From NCBI GenBank assembly GCA_965198825.1, contig CBDAQB010000002.1, positions 431,209-495,208 of the forward strand: 64,000 bases of DNA, given 5' to 3'. The notes under the pieces are model-generated. The model did not search any database. It was given only the letters and a program-made list of their open reading frames with translations, and was not told the DNA's origin. Positions 10,118-18,813 of this stretch are shown piece after piece. Positions within the stretch are counted from its first letter, which is position 1. Each line of letters begins with the position of its first letter. This stretch comes from Acetobacteraceae bacterium (lineage in GTDB: Bacteria > Pseudomonadota > Alphaproteobacteria > Acetobacterales > Acetobacteraceae). A program made the translations under genes and the position numbers.

Positions 10118-11016
10118 TACTTCTCTTTGATGAGATCCACCGCCCCTTTTGTATCGTTACCCGTCACCTTCGGCGTAGTCGCCGACAAATTCATCAGCAA
10201 TGCGGTGCGCTGGCCAGTGTCGTTTGTAAAATGGTTGTTCTGCACGAAGATTTCCGGGGTTGGTTGATCGACCCCTTCGGCGCCGATGGCGATGGCGGCG
10301 TTTGTGTTGCCGGTGTGGGGGCCTTTTTCGAGCGTGTTGAAGCGGACGATGACGGTGCCGCCGTTTGGAGCTTCGACAAGGTAGCTTGAGGTGCCATCAG
10401 CGCCGTCGGTGATGTCGTTCCCAAGGACAACGGTCCGGGCGGCGCGGGATTTGATGGCGTGACCGTCGCGCGTGTTGGTGAAGCGGCTGCTGACGACACG
10501 AAGTTCGGCGATGCGGCCGGCGTAGATGGCGTGGGCGCAGGCGTCGCCACAGTAGCCGTTGCGGTCGAAGACGCTGTTCTCGACGAGGATTTTCGAGTCG
10601 GGCGAGGGGTTGGCGAGGATGCCGTCCTGGTTGTCGATGAACTGGACGTGGTCGACCGTGAGGTTTGCGCCTTCTTCGCGTATGCCGGCGCCATTGCCGT
10701 CCGGCACGCGGGCGCCGCCTAGGGTGAGATTGCGTATGGTGACGTTGTTGCCTTCGATGACGAGGATGCCCTTGCCGTCGCAGGTGCGGCCGGCGAGGAG
10801 GGTTTTTCCTGGCGTGCCCATGCCTTCGATGGTGATGTTGTTGGCACGCACCGTTGCGCAGTCCTGGTACTGGCCGGGCTCGATTTGGATGGTGTCGCCA
10901 TCGTCGGCGTCGGCCACTGCGCCGGAGACGCGGGCGTAGCCTTTGCCAGGGCCAACATGCAGCGTGCCGGCGGCCGCTGTGAGTGGTAGGAGAAGGAACA
11001 TCACGGCCAGGCGCAT
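10117..11016 (-). CDS. Secreted right-handed parallel beta-helix protein (pectin-lyase-like fold)
   Basis: Start re-set to ATG 11016 (MRLAVMFLLLPLTAAAG signal peptide); Asn/Gly-rich repeats such as GNGAGIR, NQDGIL, GHAIKSRA. Confidence 0.75.
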   Translation of the reverse strand: MRLAVMFLLLPLTAAAGTLHVGPGKGYARVSGAVADADDGDTIQIEPGQYQDCATVRANNITIEGMGTPGKTLLAGRTCDGKGILVIEGNNVTIRNLTLGGARVPDGNGAGIREEGANLTVDHVQFIDNQDGILANPSPDSKILVENSVFDRNGYCGDACAHAIYAGRIAELRVVSSRFTNTRDGHAIKSRAARTVVLGNDITDGADGTSSYLVEAPNGGTVIVRFNTLEKGPHTGNTNAAIAIGAEGVDQPTPEIFVQNNHFTNDTGQRTALLMNLSATTPKVTGNDTKGAVDLIKEK

Positions 11017-11115
11017 CGGTGGGCTCCAGGGGCGGCGGGTTGCAGGCTTGCTGCTTAGCACACGTTTCTGTATCGGTTGCGCGCCGGCTGGCACCGGCTT
11101 GGAGGCTTTATCCTC

Positions 11116-13065
11116 ATGTGCGGCATAGCGGGCATTTTCTCGGCCGACGCGGGTGCGCAGCCCGAGGGTCGCGCCGTTCGGCGTATGACGGATGCGCTCA
11201 GCCACCGTGGACCGGACGGTGAAGGTCTGCACGAGGATCCGGGCGTGGCCCTGGGACATAGGCGGCTTGCGATCATCGATCCCGAGGGCGGGCATCAGCC
11301 GATGTACAACGAGGACGAGAGCATCGCGATCGTCTTCAACGGCGAGATCTATGATTTTGCGACGCTTCGTGACGAGCTTGCGGCAATGGGGCACGTGTTC
11401 CGCAATCGCTGCGATACGGAAACCATTGTGCATGCCTGGGAAAGCTGGGGGCCGGCTTGCGTCGAGCGGCTCGATGGGATGTTCGCCTTCGCTTTGTGGG
11501 ACAGGCGTCTGGGGCAACTGTTTTGCGCGCGGGACAGGTTGGGCAAGAAGCCGTTCTACTATGCGATGGTGGATGGCGACTTCGTCTTCGGCTCCGAGAT
11601 GTGCGCGCTGACGACGATCGCTGGCTTGGATCGTCGTATCGATCCGCGGGCGGTGGATGATTTCTTCGCTTACGGCTACGTGCCCGAGCCCGAGACGATT
11701 TTTACGGGCGTGAAGAAGCTGCCAGCGGGGCACACGCTTCTTGTGGAGCGGGATGCGTCGCGCACGCGCATCATGCCGCTTCGTCCGCGGCGTTACTGGC
11801 AACCGCTCGTAGCAACGACGGCAATCAGCGAGGCGGAGGCGGCGCCTATGCTGCGGGCGCATCTGGCGCGTGCGACGAAGTCGCGGTTGATCGCCGATGT
11901 GCCACTGGGGGCGTTCCTGTCTGGTGGCGTCGACTCGAGTGCGGTGGTGGCGACGGCTGCGGGATTGCGCCGTGAGAAGCTGGATACTTTCACGATCGGT
12001 TTCGACGGGAGCGAGGACGAGACGCCTTACGCGAATGAAGTGGCGGCGCGTTATGGGACGCGCCAGCATGTGGAGCGGGCGGCGGCAACCGATATGATCG
12101 ACGGGGCGCGTAGCCAGGCGGCTGCGTTCGGCGAACCTTTCGGCGACAGCTCTTCGGTTCCTACGATGACCGTCTGCAGGCTGGCGCGGCGTCATGCGAC
12201 CGTGGCGATTTCCGGTGACGGCGGCGACGAAGTTTTCGCGGGCTACCGGCGGACACGCTGGCACTCGCTGGTGAGCGGCGCGCGCCGGTATCTGCCTTCC
12301 GGCGTGCGTCGTCATGCCGTCGGTCGGCTGGCGGCGTTGTATCCAAAGCTCGATCGGGCACCGCGGTTCTTGCGGGCGAAGCATACTCTGACGGAACTCA
12401 GCCTCGATGCCGCCATGGGTTATGCGAGCACGGTGACGAAGCTGCATGAACGGCAGCGGCGTGCGCTGTTCACGCCGCGGTTGAGGGCCGCGGTCGAGGG
12501 ACATGCCCCGTTTGCGCGTATCGCCAGCATCATGGAGGCGGCTGAGGACGCCGACCCGGTTTTGCAGGCGCAGCTTGCGGATCTGGCGACTTGGCTGCCA
12601 GGCGACATTCTGACGAAGGCGGATCGGGCGAGCATGGCGGCTTCGCTGGAGATGCGGGCGCCGTTCCTGGATGCTGCGTTCGTGTCCTGGGGGTTGAGCC
12701 TGCCGGCTTCCCTGAAGATCAAAGGCGGCGAGGGCAAGTATATCCTGAAGAAGGCGCTGGAGCCGTTGCTGCCGCGCGACATCCTGTATCGGCCGAAGCA
12801 GGGGTTTACCAGCGATCTCGCGGGGTTCTTCCGCAGCGACATGCATCGCGTGCGTGCTGTGCTTCTGAGCGACGCGTTCCTGTCGCATGATCTGTTCGAC
12901 GCTGCTGCAATCGCGAGGGTTCTGGACGAGCATGCGGCTGGTTCGATGAACCATGCACAGGCGATCTGGCTGCTGCTGGCGTTCGAAGGGTTTTTGCATA
13001 CGCTCGAGCCGTCTGTGCCGGTGGAGCGCGCCGAGGCGCCAGCCATGGTGGTGCATGCGGGCTGA
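11116..13065 (+). CDS. asnB: Asparagine synthase-like glutamine amidotransferase (polysaccharide-associated AsnB family)
   Basis: Ntn N-terminus MCGIAG at ATG 11116; HRGPDG, GHRRLAIID, FNGEIY, LSGGVDSS, SGDGGDE. Confidence 0.85.
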   Translation: MCGIAGIFSADAGAQPEGRAVRRMTDALSHRGPDGEGLHEDPGVALGHRRLAIIDPEGGHQPMYNEDESIAIVFNGEIYDFATLRDELAAMGHVFRNRCDTETIVHAWESWGPACVERLDGMFAFALWDRRLGQLFCARDRLGKKPFYYAMVDGDFVFGSEMCALTTIAGLDRRIDPRAVDDFFAYGYVPEPETIFTGVKKLPAGHTLLVERDASRTRIMPLRPRRYWQPLVATTAISEAEAAPMLRAHLARATKSRLIADVPLGAFLSGGVDSSAVVATAAGLRREKLDTFTIGFDGSEDETPYANEVAARYGTRQHVERAAATDMIDGARSQAAAFGEPFGDSSSVPTMTVCRLARRHATVAISGDGGDEVFAGYRRTRWHSLVSGARRYLPSGVRRHAVGRLAALYPKLDRAPRFLRAKHTLTELSLDAAMGYASTVTKLHERQRRALFTPRLRAAVEGHAPFARIASIMEAAEDADPVLQAQLADLATWLPGDILTKADRASMAASLEMRAPFLDAAFVSWGLSLPASLKIKGGEGKYILKKALEPLLPRDILYRPKQGFTSDLAGFFRSDMHRVRAVLLSDAFLSHDLFDAAAIARVLDEHAAGSMNHAQAIWLLLAFEGFLHTLEPSVPVERAEAPAMVVHAG

Positions 13066-14122
13066 CGGGCCGCCTTCGCTTCTGCACGTGTTTCCGAGTT
13101 TCGTGGTGGGCGGCGCGCAGATGCGGTTTGCGGCACTCGCCAATCATTTTGGCGACGCGTTCAGGCACAGCATCGTTGCCATGGATGGGCGCACGAGCGC
13201 GCGTGATTTATTGCACAGCGAAGTGCCTGTGCAGTTTCCAGCCATCGAAACGCGCGGCGGCAACATGGCAGCGCGGGTGGCACGTTTTGCCGGGTTCTTG
13301 CGTGAGACACGCCCGCGCCGGCTGATTACCAGCAACTGGGGCAGCATCGATTGGGCCATCGCGCGCCTTTTTGCCGGCACGGCGCATGTGCATATGGAGG
13401 ATGGATTTGGGCCGGAGGAGCGGTCGACGCAATTGCCGCGTCGCGTTCTGACACGGCGCGCCGTCTTGCGCAGGAGTGAAATCATCCTGCCGTCACACAC
13501 GCTTTTGCGGCTTGCTACGGACCGTTGGCGATTGCCGAAACGGCGGTTGCATCATATTCCAAACGGCATCGATCTATCGCGATTTGCGCCGCGTGTTGGC
13601 CGGCGACAGGGGCCGCCAGTAATCGGCACCGTTGCCGCCTTGCGTGCTGAAAAGAATATCGGACGGATGATCGAGGCCTTTGCAATCGTCCGGGCGCAGG
13701 GCGAGGCAAGGCTGGTGATCGTGGGTGATGGCGCCGAGTTGCCGAAGTTGAGGGCTCAGGCCGAAGGAATGGGCTTGACCGGCGACGTGGAATTTACGGG
13801 GCATAGTGCGAGCCCGGAGCGGTTTTATGCCGGCTTCGATGTTTTTGCGTTGTCCTCCGATACAGAGCAGATGCCGCTTTCGGTGCTGGAGGCGATGGCG
13901 GCGGGGTTGCCCGTAGCTTCGACGGACGTCGGTGACGTGCGATGGATGCTTGCCGAAGAGAACGGGCCGTTTGTTGGCGAGAAGTCCGCAGAGGGGCTTG
14001 CTTCGGCGATGTTAGGTTTGCTGGCGAAGCCATCAGCCATCGGCAAAGCCAATCGTTTCAGGGCGGAGGCAGAGTTCTCGGATAGCGTGATGTTCCAGCG
14101 CCACCTGGCACTCTGGGCTTAA
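13055..14122 (+). CDS. Glycosyltransferase family 4
   Basis: GGAQMRF, HMEDGFG, IPNGID, SSDTEQMPLSVLEAMAAG; overlaps asnB stop. Confidence 0.85.
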   Translation: MRADGPPSLLHVFPSFVVGGAQMRFAALANHFGDAFRHSIVAMDGRTSARDLLHSEVPVQFPAIETRGGNMAARVARFAGFLRETRPRRLITSNWGSIDWAIARLFAGTAHVHMEDGFGPEERSTQLPRRVLTRRAVLRRSEIILPSHTLLRLATDRWRLPKRRLHHIPNGIDLSRFAPRVGRRQGPPVIGTVAALRAEKNIGRMIEAFAIVRAQGEARLVIVGDGAELPKLRAQAEGMGLTGDVEFTGHSASPERFYAGFDVFALSSDTEQMPLSVLEAMAAGLPVASTDVGDVRWMLAEENGPFVGEKSAEGLASAMLGLLAKPSAIGKANRFRAEAEFSDSVMFQRHLALWA

Positions 14123-14200
14123 GGCTCGCGCTTCCCTCAAGCGTAGCGCAAATTCGCAAAAGTTTTTTGCTTCTTTTTTTCAAAAAAGAAGTGCTTTCTT
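14123..14200. repeat. Family A copy 4 (solo right arm plus spacer remnant)
   Basis: AAATTCGC (same as the end of the A2 spacer) then AAAAGTTTTTTGCTTCTTTTTTTCAAAAAAGAAG. Confidence 0.9.
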
Positions 14201-14224
14201 CTGCGAATCCGCGATGAATTGAGC

Positions 14225-14629
14225 TTACTTTTCCATGATAGGTGGCGGCCCGGCGGCGGCGGTTACTTCTGCTGCGGTGATGGTGTCGGTGTAGTGATTG
14301 CCGAAGTTTGAGCGGACGTAGTTGACGACGTCCGCAATCTGGTTGGGGGTGAGGATACCGTTGAACCAGGGCATGCCGCCGTGCCCGTTGAGAACCATCG
14401 AGACGGGGTAACCGATATTTTCGAGGTGGGGGTTATCGGCGAGCTTGGGGAAGGCGCCGGCGCCGCTGGCGCCTCGGCCGCCTGGCATATGGCAGCCTTG
14501 GCAGACGTGCTGAAACACGGCGGCGCCGCCGTCCGCCTCCACGGCGCGTGTGCTGTTCGCGGCGGAGTCAGCGTGAGCGTTTGTGGAAAACGTCAGGGCT
14601 GCGCAGGCGGCGATGAGGACCGTGCGCAT
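14225..14629 (-). CDS. Periplasmic class I cytochrome c
   Basis: Start re-set to ATG 14629; signal peptide; CQGCH heme motif; GGMP Met ligand. Confidence 0.85.
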   Translation of the reverse strand: MRTVLIAACAALTFSTNAHADSAANSTRAVEADGGAAVFQHVCQGCHMPGGRGASGAGAFPKLADNPHLENIGYPVSMVLNGHGGMPWFNGILTPNQIADVVNYVRSNFGNHYTDTITAAEVTAAAGPPPIMEK

Positions 14630-16212
14630 CAGATGGACTGCACGGCGCGCTGGTTGAGTTGGGTGATAGCGCTGATGGAGGAGAGCAGCGCGCCTTCCTG
14701 CCAGCAGCCGACGTGGGAGGCGTGTTCGCCTGCGAGAACGATACGGCCTTCCATGGTGGTCAGCGTCTTGTAGTGCTCCCTGCGGGCCTCTTCGGACCAC
14801 ATGGAACAGCACCCGAGGGTCCAGGGCATGCGGCTCCAGGCAACGCCGACGCCGCTCGAGAATTCCGTAGGATATTGCTTGTGGATCTTGGCACCCTGCG
14901 CCAGAGCGGCCTTGACGCGTTCCTGCGGTTCCATGCCGGCAAAATCCCAAGCCGCGGCGCCGAACATGTAGGCGGCCAGCATGACGGCGGGGCCTTGCGA
15001 GAAATAGCCGTGACTCGGGTAGGACATGACGCTGATCGGCTGGTCGGTGAAGGTGATGCCGCCGTAGATCTGTTCGTCCTCTTCCCAGAAGCGGCGCTTG
15101 AATTCGAGGCCGACCTTCACGGAGGAATGGTAGGGAACGGCGGCGATGGCGGCTTTCATCGGGGCGCTGACCTGCACGTCGAGCTGGCTCAAAACGGGGA
15201 GCGGGATGGTGCAGACGCAGTAGTCGGCGCGCGCAAGGAGCGGCGTGTTGCCGTCTGTGGTGTCGATGTAGGAGACGCTGACGCCCTGTTCGTCCTGGCC
15301 GATGGCGATGATCTTCGCGTTGTGTGTGACGAGATCGTTGACCTGGCGGCCGAAGGCTTTGCCGATCATGTCCATGCCGCCGACCGGCTGGAACATGGTG
15401 GTTTGCACGTCGTTCATCATGTTGAACGAGAGATACTCCCACAGGCCGGACTTCATGATGTCGGCGCGTGGCAGCACTTGCGAAGCCGTTGGCGCGCCAT
15501 CCGGCCCGGCGCCCGGAGGCTTGTCGAAGCCGCGGCGGAAGGAGGCGTCCATGCCGCCGTATTTGTAGTTTTTGTCGAGAAGGCCCCAGCCCTGCATGGC
15601 GCGGAGAAGGTCGTGCTTCTCCTCGTCGCTGATGGGGTCGTCCAGGGTTTTCTGGTTGATCGCCTTGGAGAGAAGCTCGGCGGTGTGGCCGGTGAAGTCG
15701 CCCAGGATGTGGCGATAGCGCTGCGGGGCGCCGCCGAAGGTGGTGGTGCTGTGCAAATAGGCGTTGTGGTTCACCTCAATGAAAGGCTCGAGCGCAACGC
15801 CCAAGGCGCGGCAGTAATGCAATATGGCGTTGTGGTGGTAGGGAATGCGCCAGGGCCCGGGATTAATGTAGTTGCCAGGCGCGAACTCGCATGTCTGCGT
15901 ATAGCCGCCAAGCTCGGTCAGCGTGTCGCCGCCACGTAGCGAGATGTTCCGGCCGCCGGAGCGGTTCTGATACTCGAGAACACGCACTTTGTAGCCAGCG
16001 CGGCGCAGTTCGTATGCCGCCAGCATGCCGGAGAGGCCCGCACCCAGGACGATCACACTGGTGCCCGGTTTTGCGCCATTCAGCACAGGCGGCCCGGCAA
16101 AGTCGGTGGACGCCGCGTGGCCGAGCTGGGTCATCGCCTGATACATCGCCACGCTGCCGGCCGCGACGCCGATGCGAGAGAGCAGTTGCCTACGTGTGGT
16201 CGCTTCGGTCAT
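14629..16212 (-). CDS. Flavin monoamine/L-amino acid oxidase family protein, Tat-exported
   Basis: TRRQLL twin-arginine; GAGLSG FAD motif, RSGGR, PGPWRIP, AGEH...WQEGA. Confidence 0.85.
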   Translation of the reverse strand: MTEATTRRQLLSRIGVAAGSVAMYQAMTQLGHAASTDFAGPPVLNGAKPGTSVIVLGAGLSGMLAAYELRRAGYKVRVLEYQNRSGGRNISLRGGDTLTELGGYTQTCEFAPGNYINPGPWRIPYHHNAILHYCRALGVALEPFIEVNHNAYLHSTTTFGGAPQRYRHILGDFTGHTAELLSKAINQKTLDDPISDEEKHDLLRAMQGWGLLDKNYKYGGMDASFRRGFDKPPGAGPDGAPTASQVLPRADIMKSGLWEYLSFNMMNDVQTTMFQPVGGMDMIGKAFGRQVNDLVTHNAKIIAIGQDEQGVSVSYIDTTDGNTPLLARADYCVCTIPLPVLSQLDVQVSAPMKAAIAAVPYHSSVKVGLEFKRRFWEEDEQIYGGITFTDQPISVMSYPSHGYFSQGPAVMLAAYMFGAAAWDFAGMEPQERVKAALAQGAKIHKQYPTEFSSGVGVAWSRMPWTLGCCSMWSEEARREHYKTLTTMEGRIVLAGEHASHVGCWQEGALLSSISAITQLNQRAVQSI

Positions 16213-16268
16213 GGCGTTCCGTTTCGTGCGGTCCAGCCGGATTCTAGCAAGGATCGTGCCTTTGAACG

Positions 16269-16393
16269 AGGAAGCAAGGAAGGACTTCTTTTTTGAAAAA
16301 AAGAAGCAAAAAACTTCTGCATGTTTGGGCCGGGCACTTCCACTGATTGGGCCTAAAGCCCCAGGGGTTTCTTTAAAAAAGGAGTTCTTGCCT
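16269..16393. repeat. Family A copy 5 (left arm intact, right arm degenerate)
   Basis: CTTCTTTTTTGAAAAAAAGAAGCAAAAAACTT ... TTTCTTTAAAAAAGGAG. Confidence 0.85.
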
Positions 16394-16397
16394 TAGC

Positions 16398-17306
16398 TTA
16401 TACCAAACTCCGCAGCCCCACATCGAGCACAGTTTCGGCCCTGACACCTAGGTGCTCGACCGCGAAGCCGGGGTCCCCCACGGAGCGGCGTATGTCGCCT
16501 GCGCGTGTCGGGCCGTGGTCGAGCTTGAGCGTCTGGCCGGAGATTGTCGCGAGGGTTTCGGCAAGCTGACGGACCGAGGTTTCGCGGCCGGTGCAGACGT
16601 TGGTGACGAAGGCGCCTGGGGTGGCGGCAAGTGCGCTCATGGCGGCGAGGAGGTGGGCGATGACGTCCGCGACGAAGATGAAGTCGCGTGTCTGGCCGCC
16701 GTCGCCGTGCAGGGTGAGCGGGAGGCCACGGCCTATGCGGTCGGCGAAGATGGAGATGACGCCGCTGTAGGGGGAGGAGGGGTCCTGACGCGGGCCATAG
16801 ACGTTGAAGAACCGCATGCCGAAGGAGGGAACCTGGTGGACGCCCCAACCGACAGCGGCGTGGAGTTCGGAGCCGTATTTGTCTGCGCCGTAGGCGGTGC
16901 GTGGGCGTGGGGTGAGGGCTTCGGTAGCGACCGCGTCGCCGACGTCGCCGTAGATGGCGGCAGAGGACGCATAAACCACGGGCAGGTGGCGGGGACGGCA
17001 GGCGTCCAGCACGCAGATGGTGCCGGTCTGGTTGGCCTGGTGGGTGACGAGCCATTCCTCGTTGCCGCGGGCGACGGAGGCAATGGCGGCTAGGTGGAAG
17101 CAGCCGTCCGCCCCTTCCAGCGCGCGGGCGACTGCAGCGGCGTCGCAGATATCGGCTTCTATGAACCGGGTGCGTGGGTCGAGGTTGGCCCGCTTGCCTG
17201 TGGAGAGGTCGTCCAGCACGCGGACATCGTGGCCTTCGGCGAGGAGCGCGTCGGCGAGGTGGGAGCCGATGAAGCCGGCGCCGCCGGTGACCAGGTAAGT
17301 TCCCAT
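16398..17306 (-). CDS. NAD-dependent epimerase/dehydratase (extended SDR)
   Basis: TGGAGFIG, YASSAAIYG, YGADK (YxxxK), RFFNVYGP. Confidence 0.9.
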   Translation of the reverse strand: MGTYLVTGGAGFIGSHLADALLAEGHDVRVLDDLSTGKRANLDPRTRFIEADICDAAAVARALEGADGCFHLAAIASVARGNEEWLVTHQANQTGTICVLDACRPRHLPVVYASSAAIYGDVGDAVATEALTPRPRTAYGADKYGSELHAAVGWGVHQVPSFGMRFFNVYGPRQDPSSPYSGVISIFADRIGRGLPLTLHGDGGQTRDFIFVADVIAHLLAAMSALAATPGAFVTNVCTGRETSVRQLAETLATISGQTLKLDHGPTRAGDIRRSVGDPGFAVEHLGVRAETVLDVGLRSLV

Positions 17307-17385
17307 GCTCGCTCCTTAAATGTTGCGGTCCTGGACCGGCTTGCGGCCCTGGCCGCTTAGGGTGGGCTCACCTATATCCGGCGTT

Positions 17386-18339
17386 ATGGCGAATGATCCT
17401 TACAAAACTCTCGGTGTGGCGAAGGATGCCACCGCCGACCAGATACGCAGTGCCTACCGCAAGCTGGCGAAGAAGCACCATCCGGACGTGAACCCTGGCG
17501 ACAAGAAGGCCGAAGAGCGGTTCAAGGCGATCAGCACTGCGAATGACCTGCTGTCTGATCCGGAAAAGCGGGCGCGTTTTGATCGGGGCGAGGTCGACGA
17601 GTCGGGAGCGGAGCGGCCGCCGCGCGATTTTTATCGCGGCTATGCGGAAGGGGCGCAGGGCAGCCGGTATCGGCGCAGTTCGGCCGACACGGCGGGTTTT
17701 CAGGATATCTTCTCGGACTTCATGCGCCAGGCGGGAGCCGGCGGTGCGGGTCCGGGGGCACGGGCGCCTAAGATGAAGGGCCAGGACGAGCATTATCAGC
17801 TTGCGGTGGAATTCCTCGAGGCAGTCCGCGGAGCGTCGCGTGCGGTGACCTTGCCAGACGGCCGGGCGCTCGAGGTGGCGATTCCGGCTGGGCTGCAGGA
17901 CGGGCAGACGTTGCGGTTGCGTGGACAGGGCGGGGCCGGTTGGAACGGCGAGCCGCCAGGCGATGCGCTGATCGAGGTGTCGGTGCTGCCGCATCCGTTC
18001 TACCGGCGCGACGGCGACGACATCCATCTCGACCTGCCGGTGACGATGGCCGAGGCGGTGCTGGGGGCCCGGGTCACGGTGCCGACGCCGGGTGGCAACG
18101 TCACGATGTCGGTGCCGCCGAAGTCGGATTCCGGTCGGCAGCTTCGGCTGCGTGGCCGGGGTGTGGCGGCTCATGCCGGGCGGCCGGCCGGTGATCTCTA
18201 CGCGACATTGCGGGTGGTGGTCGGCGGGCCGACGGACGCGGCACTCGAGGATGCGCTCAGGAGCTGGATGGAGAGCCACCCGATCGATCCGCGGGCGAGC
18301 ATGACTGGCGTCAAGGAGCCGGCAGGAGCGGCAGCATGA
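17386..18339 (+). CDS. cbpA: DnaJ-class curved DNA-binding chaperone CbpA
   Basis: Start ATG 17386 MANDPYKTLGV; HPD motif; DnaJ C-terminal domain, no Zn finger; followed by a cbpM-like gene. Confidence 0.8.
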   Translation: MANDPYKTLGVAKDATADQIRSAYRKLAKKHHPDVNPGDKKAEERFKAISTANDLLSDPEKRARFDRGEVDESGAERPPRDFYRGYAEGAQGSRYRRSSADTAGFQDIFSDFMRQAGAGGAGPGARAPKMKGQDEHYQLAVEFLEAVRGASRAVTLPDGRALEVAIPAGLQDGQTLRLRGQGGAGWNGEPPGDALIEVSVLPHPFYRRDGDDIHLDLPVTMAEAVLGARVTVPTPGGNVTMSVPPKSDSGRQLRLRGRGVAAHAGRPAGDLYATLRVVVGGPTDAALEDALRSWMESHPIDPRASMTGVKEPAGAAA

Positions 18340-18647
18340 TCAGCATGGCGGCAGTCTACGCCGAGGTTCCTGGGCTGCGCGAAGAGGAGTTGCGCGCCTG
18401 GTTGGCGGAGGAATGGGTACGGCCCGTCATGCGCGATGGGGAGCCGGCGTTCGGCGCGGTGGATGTGGCGCGCATCCGGCTGATCCTGGACCTGCATCGC
18501 GACCTTGCCATCGAGCCGCCGACTGTGCCGCTTGTGCTGCAGTTGTTGGACCAGCTGTTCGCGACGCGGCGACAGTTGCGCCGTGTTCTGGAACTCGCCG
18601 AATCACCGCTGAGGGAGCGGATCGCGGAGGTCCTGGTCCAGGAATAG
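18336..18647 (+). CDS. cbpM: Chaperone modulator CbpM (MerR-like)
   Basis: WLAEEWVRP, DVARIRLILDLHRDL; ATGA overlap with cbpA. Confidence 0.75.
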   Translation: MISMAAVYAEVPGLREEELRAWLAEEWVRPVMRDGEPAFGAVDVARIRLILDLHRDLAIEPPTVPLVLQLLDQLFATRRQLRRVLELAESPLRERIAEVLVQE

Positions 18648-18813
18648 ACGGGTCCAGGAGTAGAGGGGCGGCAGCGCCTGGATCACAATTGCGCGTATCT
18701 GTGGTGCAATGCAGCACCTATGCTGGAAACATCGGCTTAGTAAGCTACGTTATGAGTTTAGGAGGAGAGTAGCTGCTCTCCTTATTCTCGTAGAGCGGTG
18801 AGCACCAGCACGC

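Noticed and set aside
10117-13143. 1008-aa minus-strand ORF
   Set aside because: Only the last 299 aa (from ATG 11016) look like protein; the rest is antisense shadow of asnB
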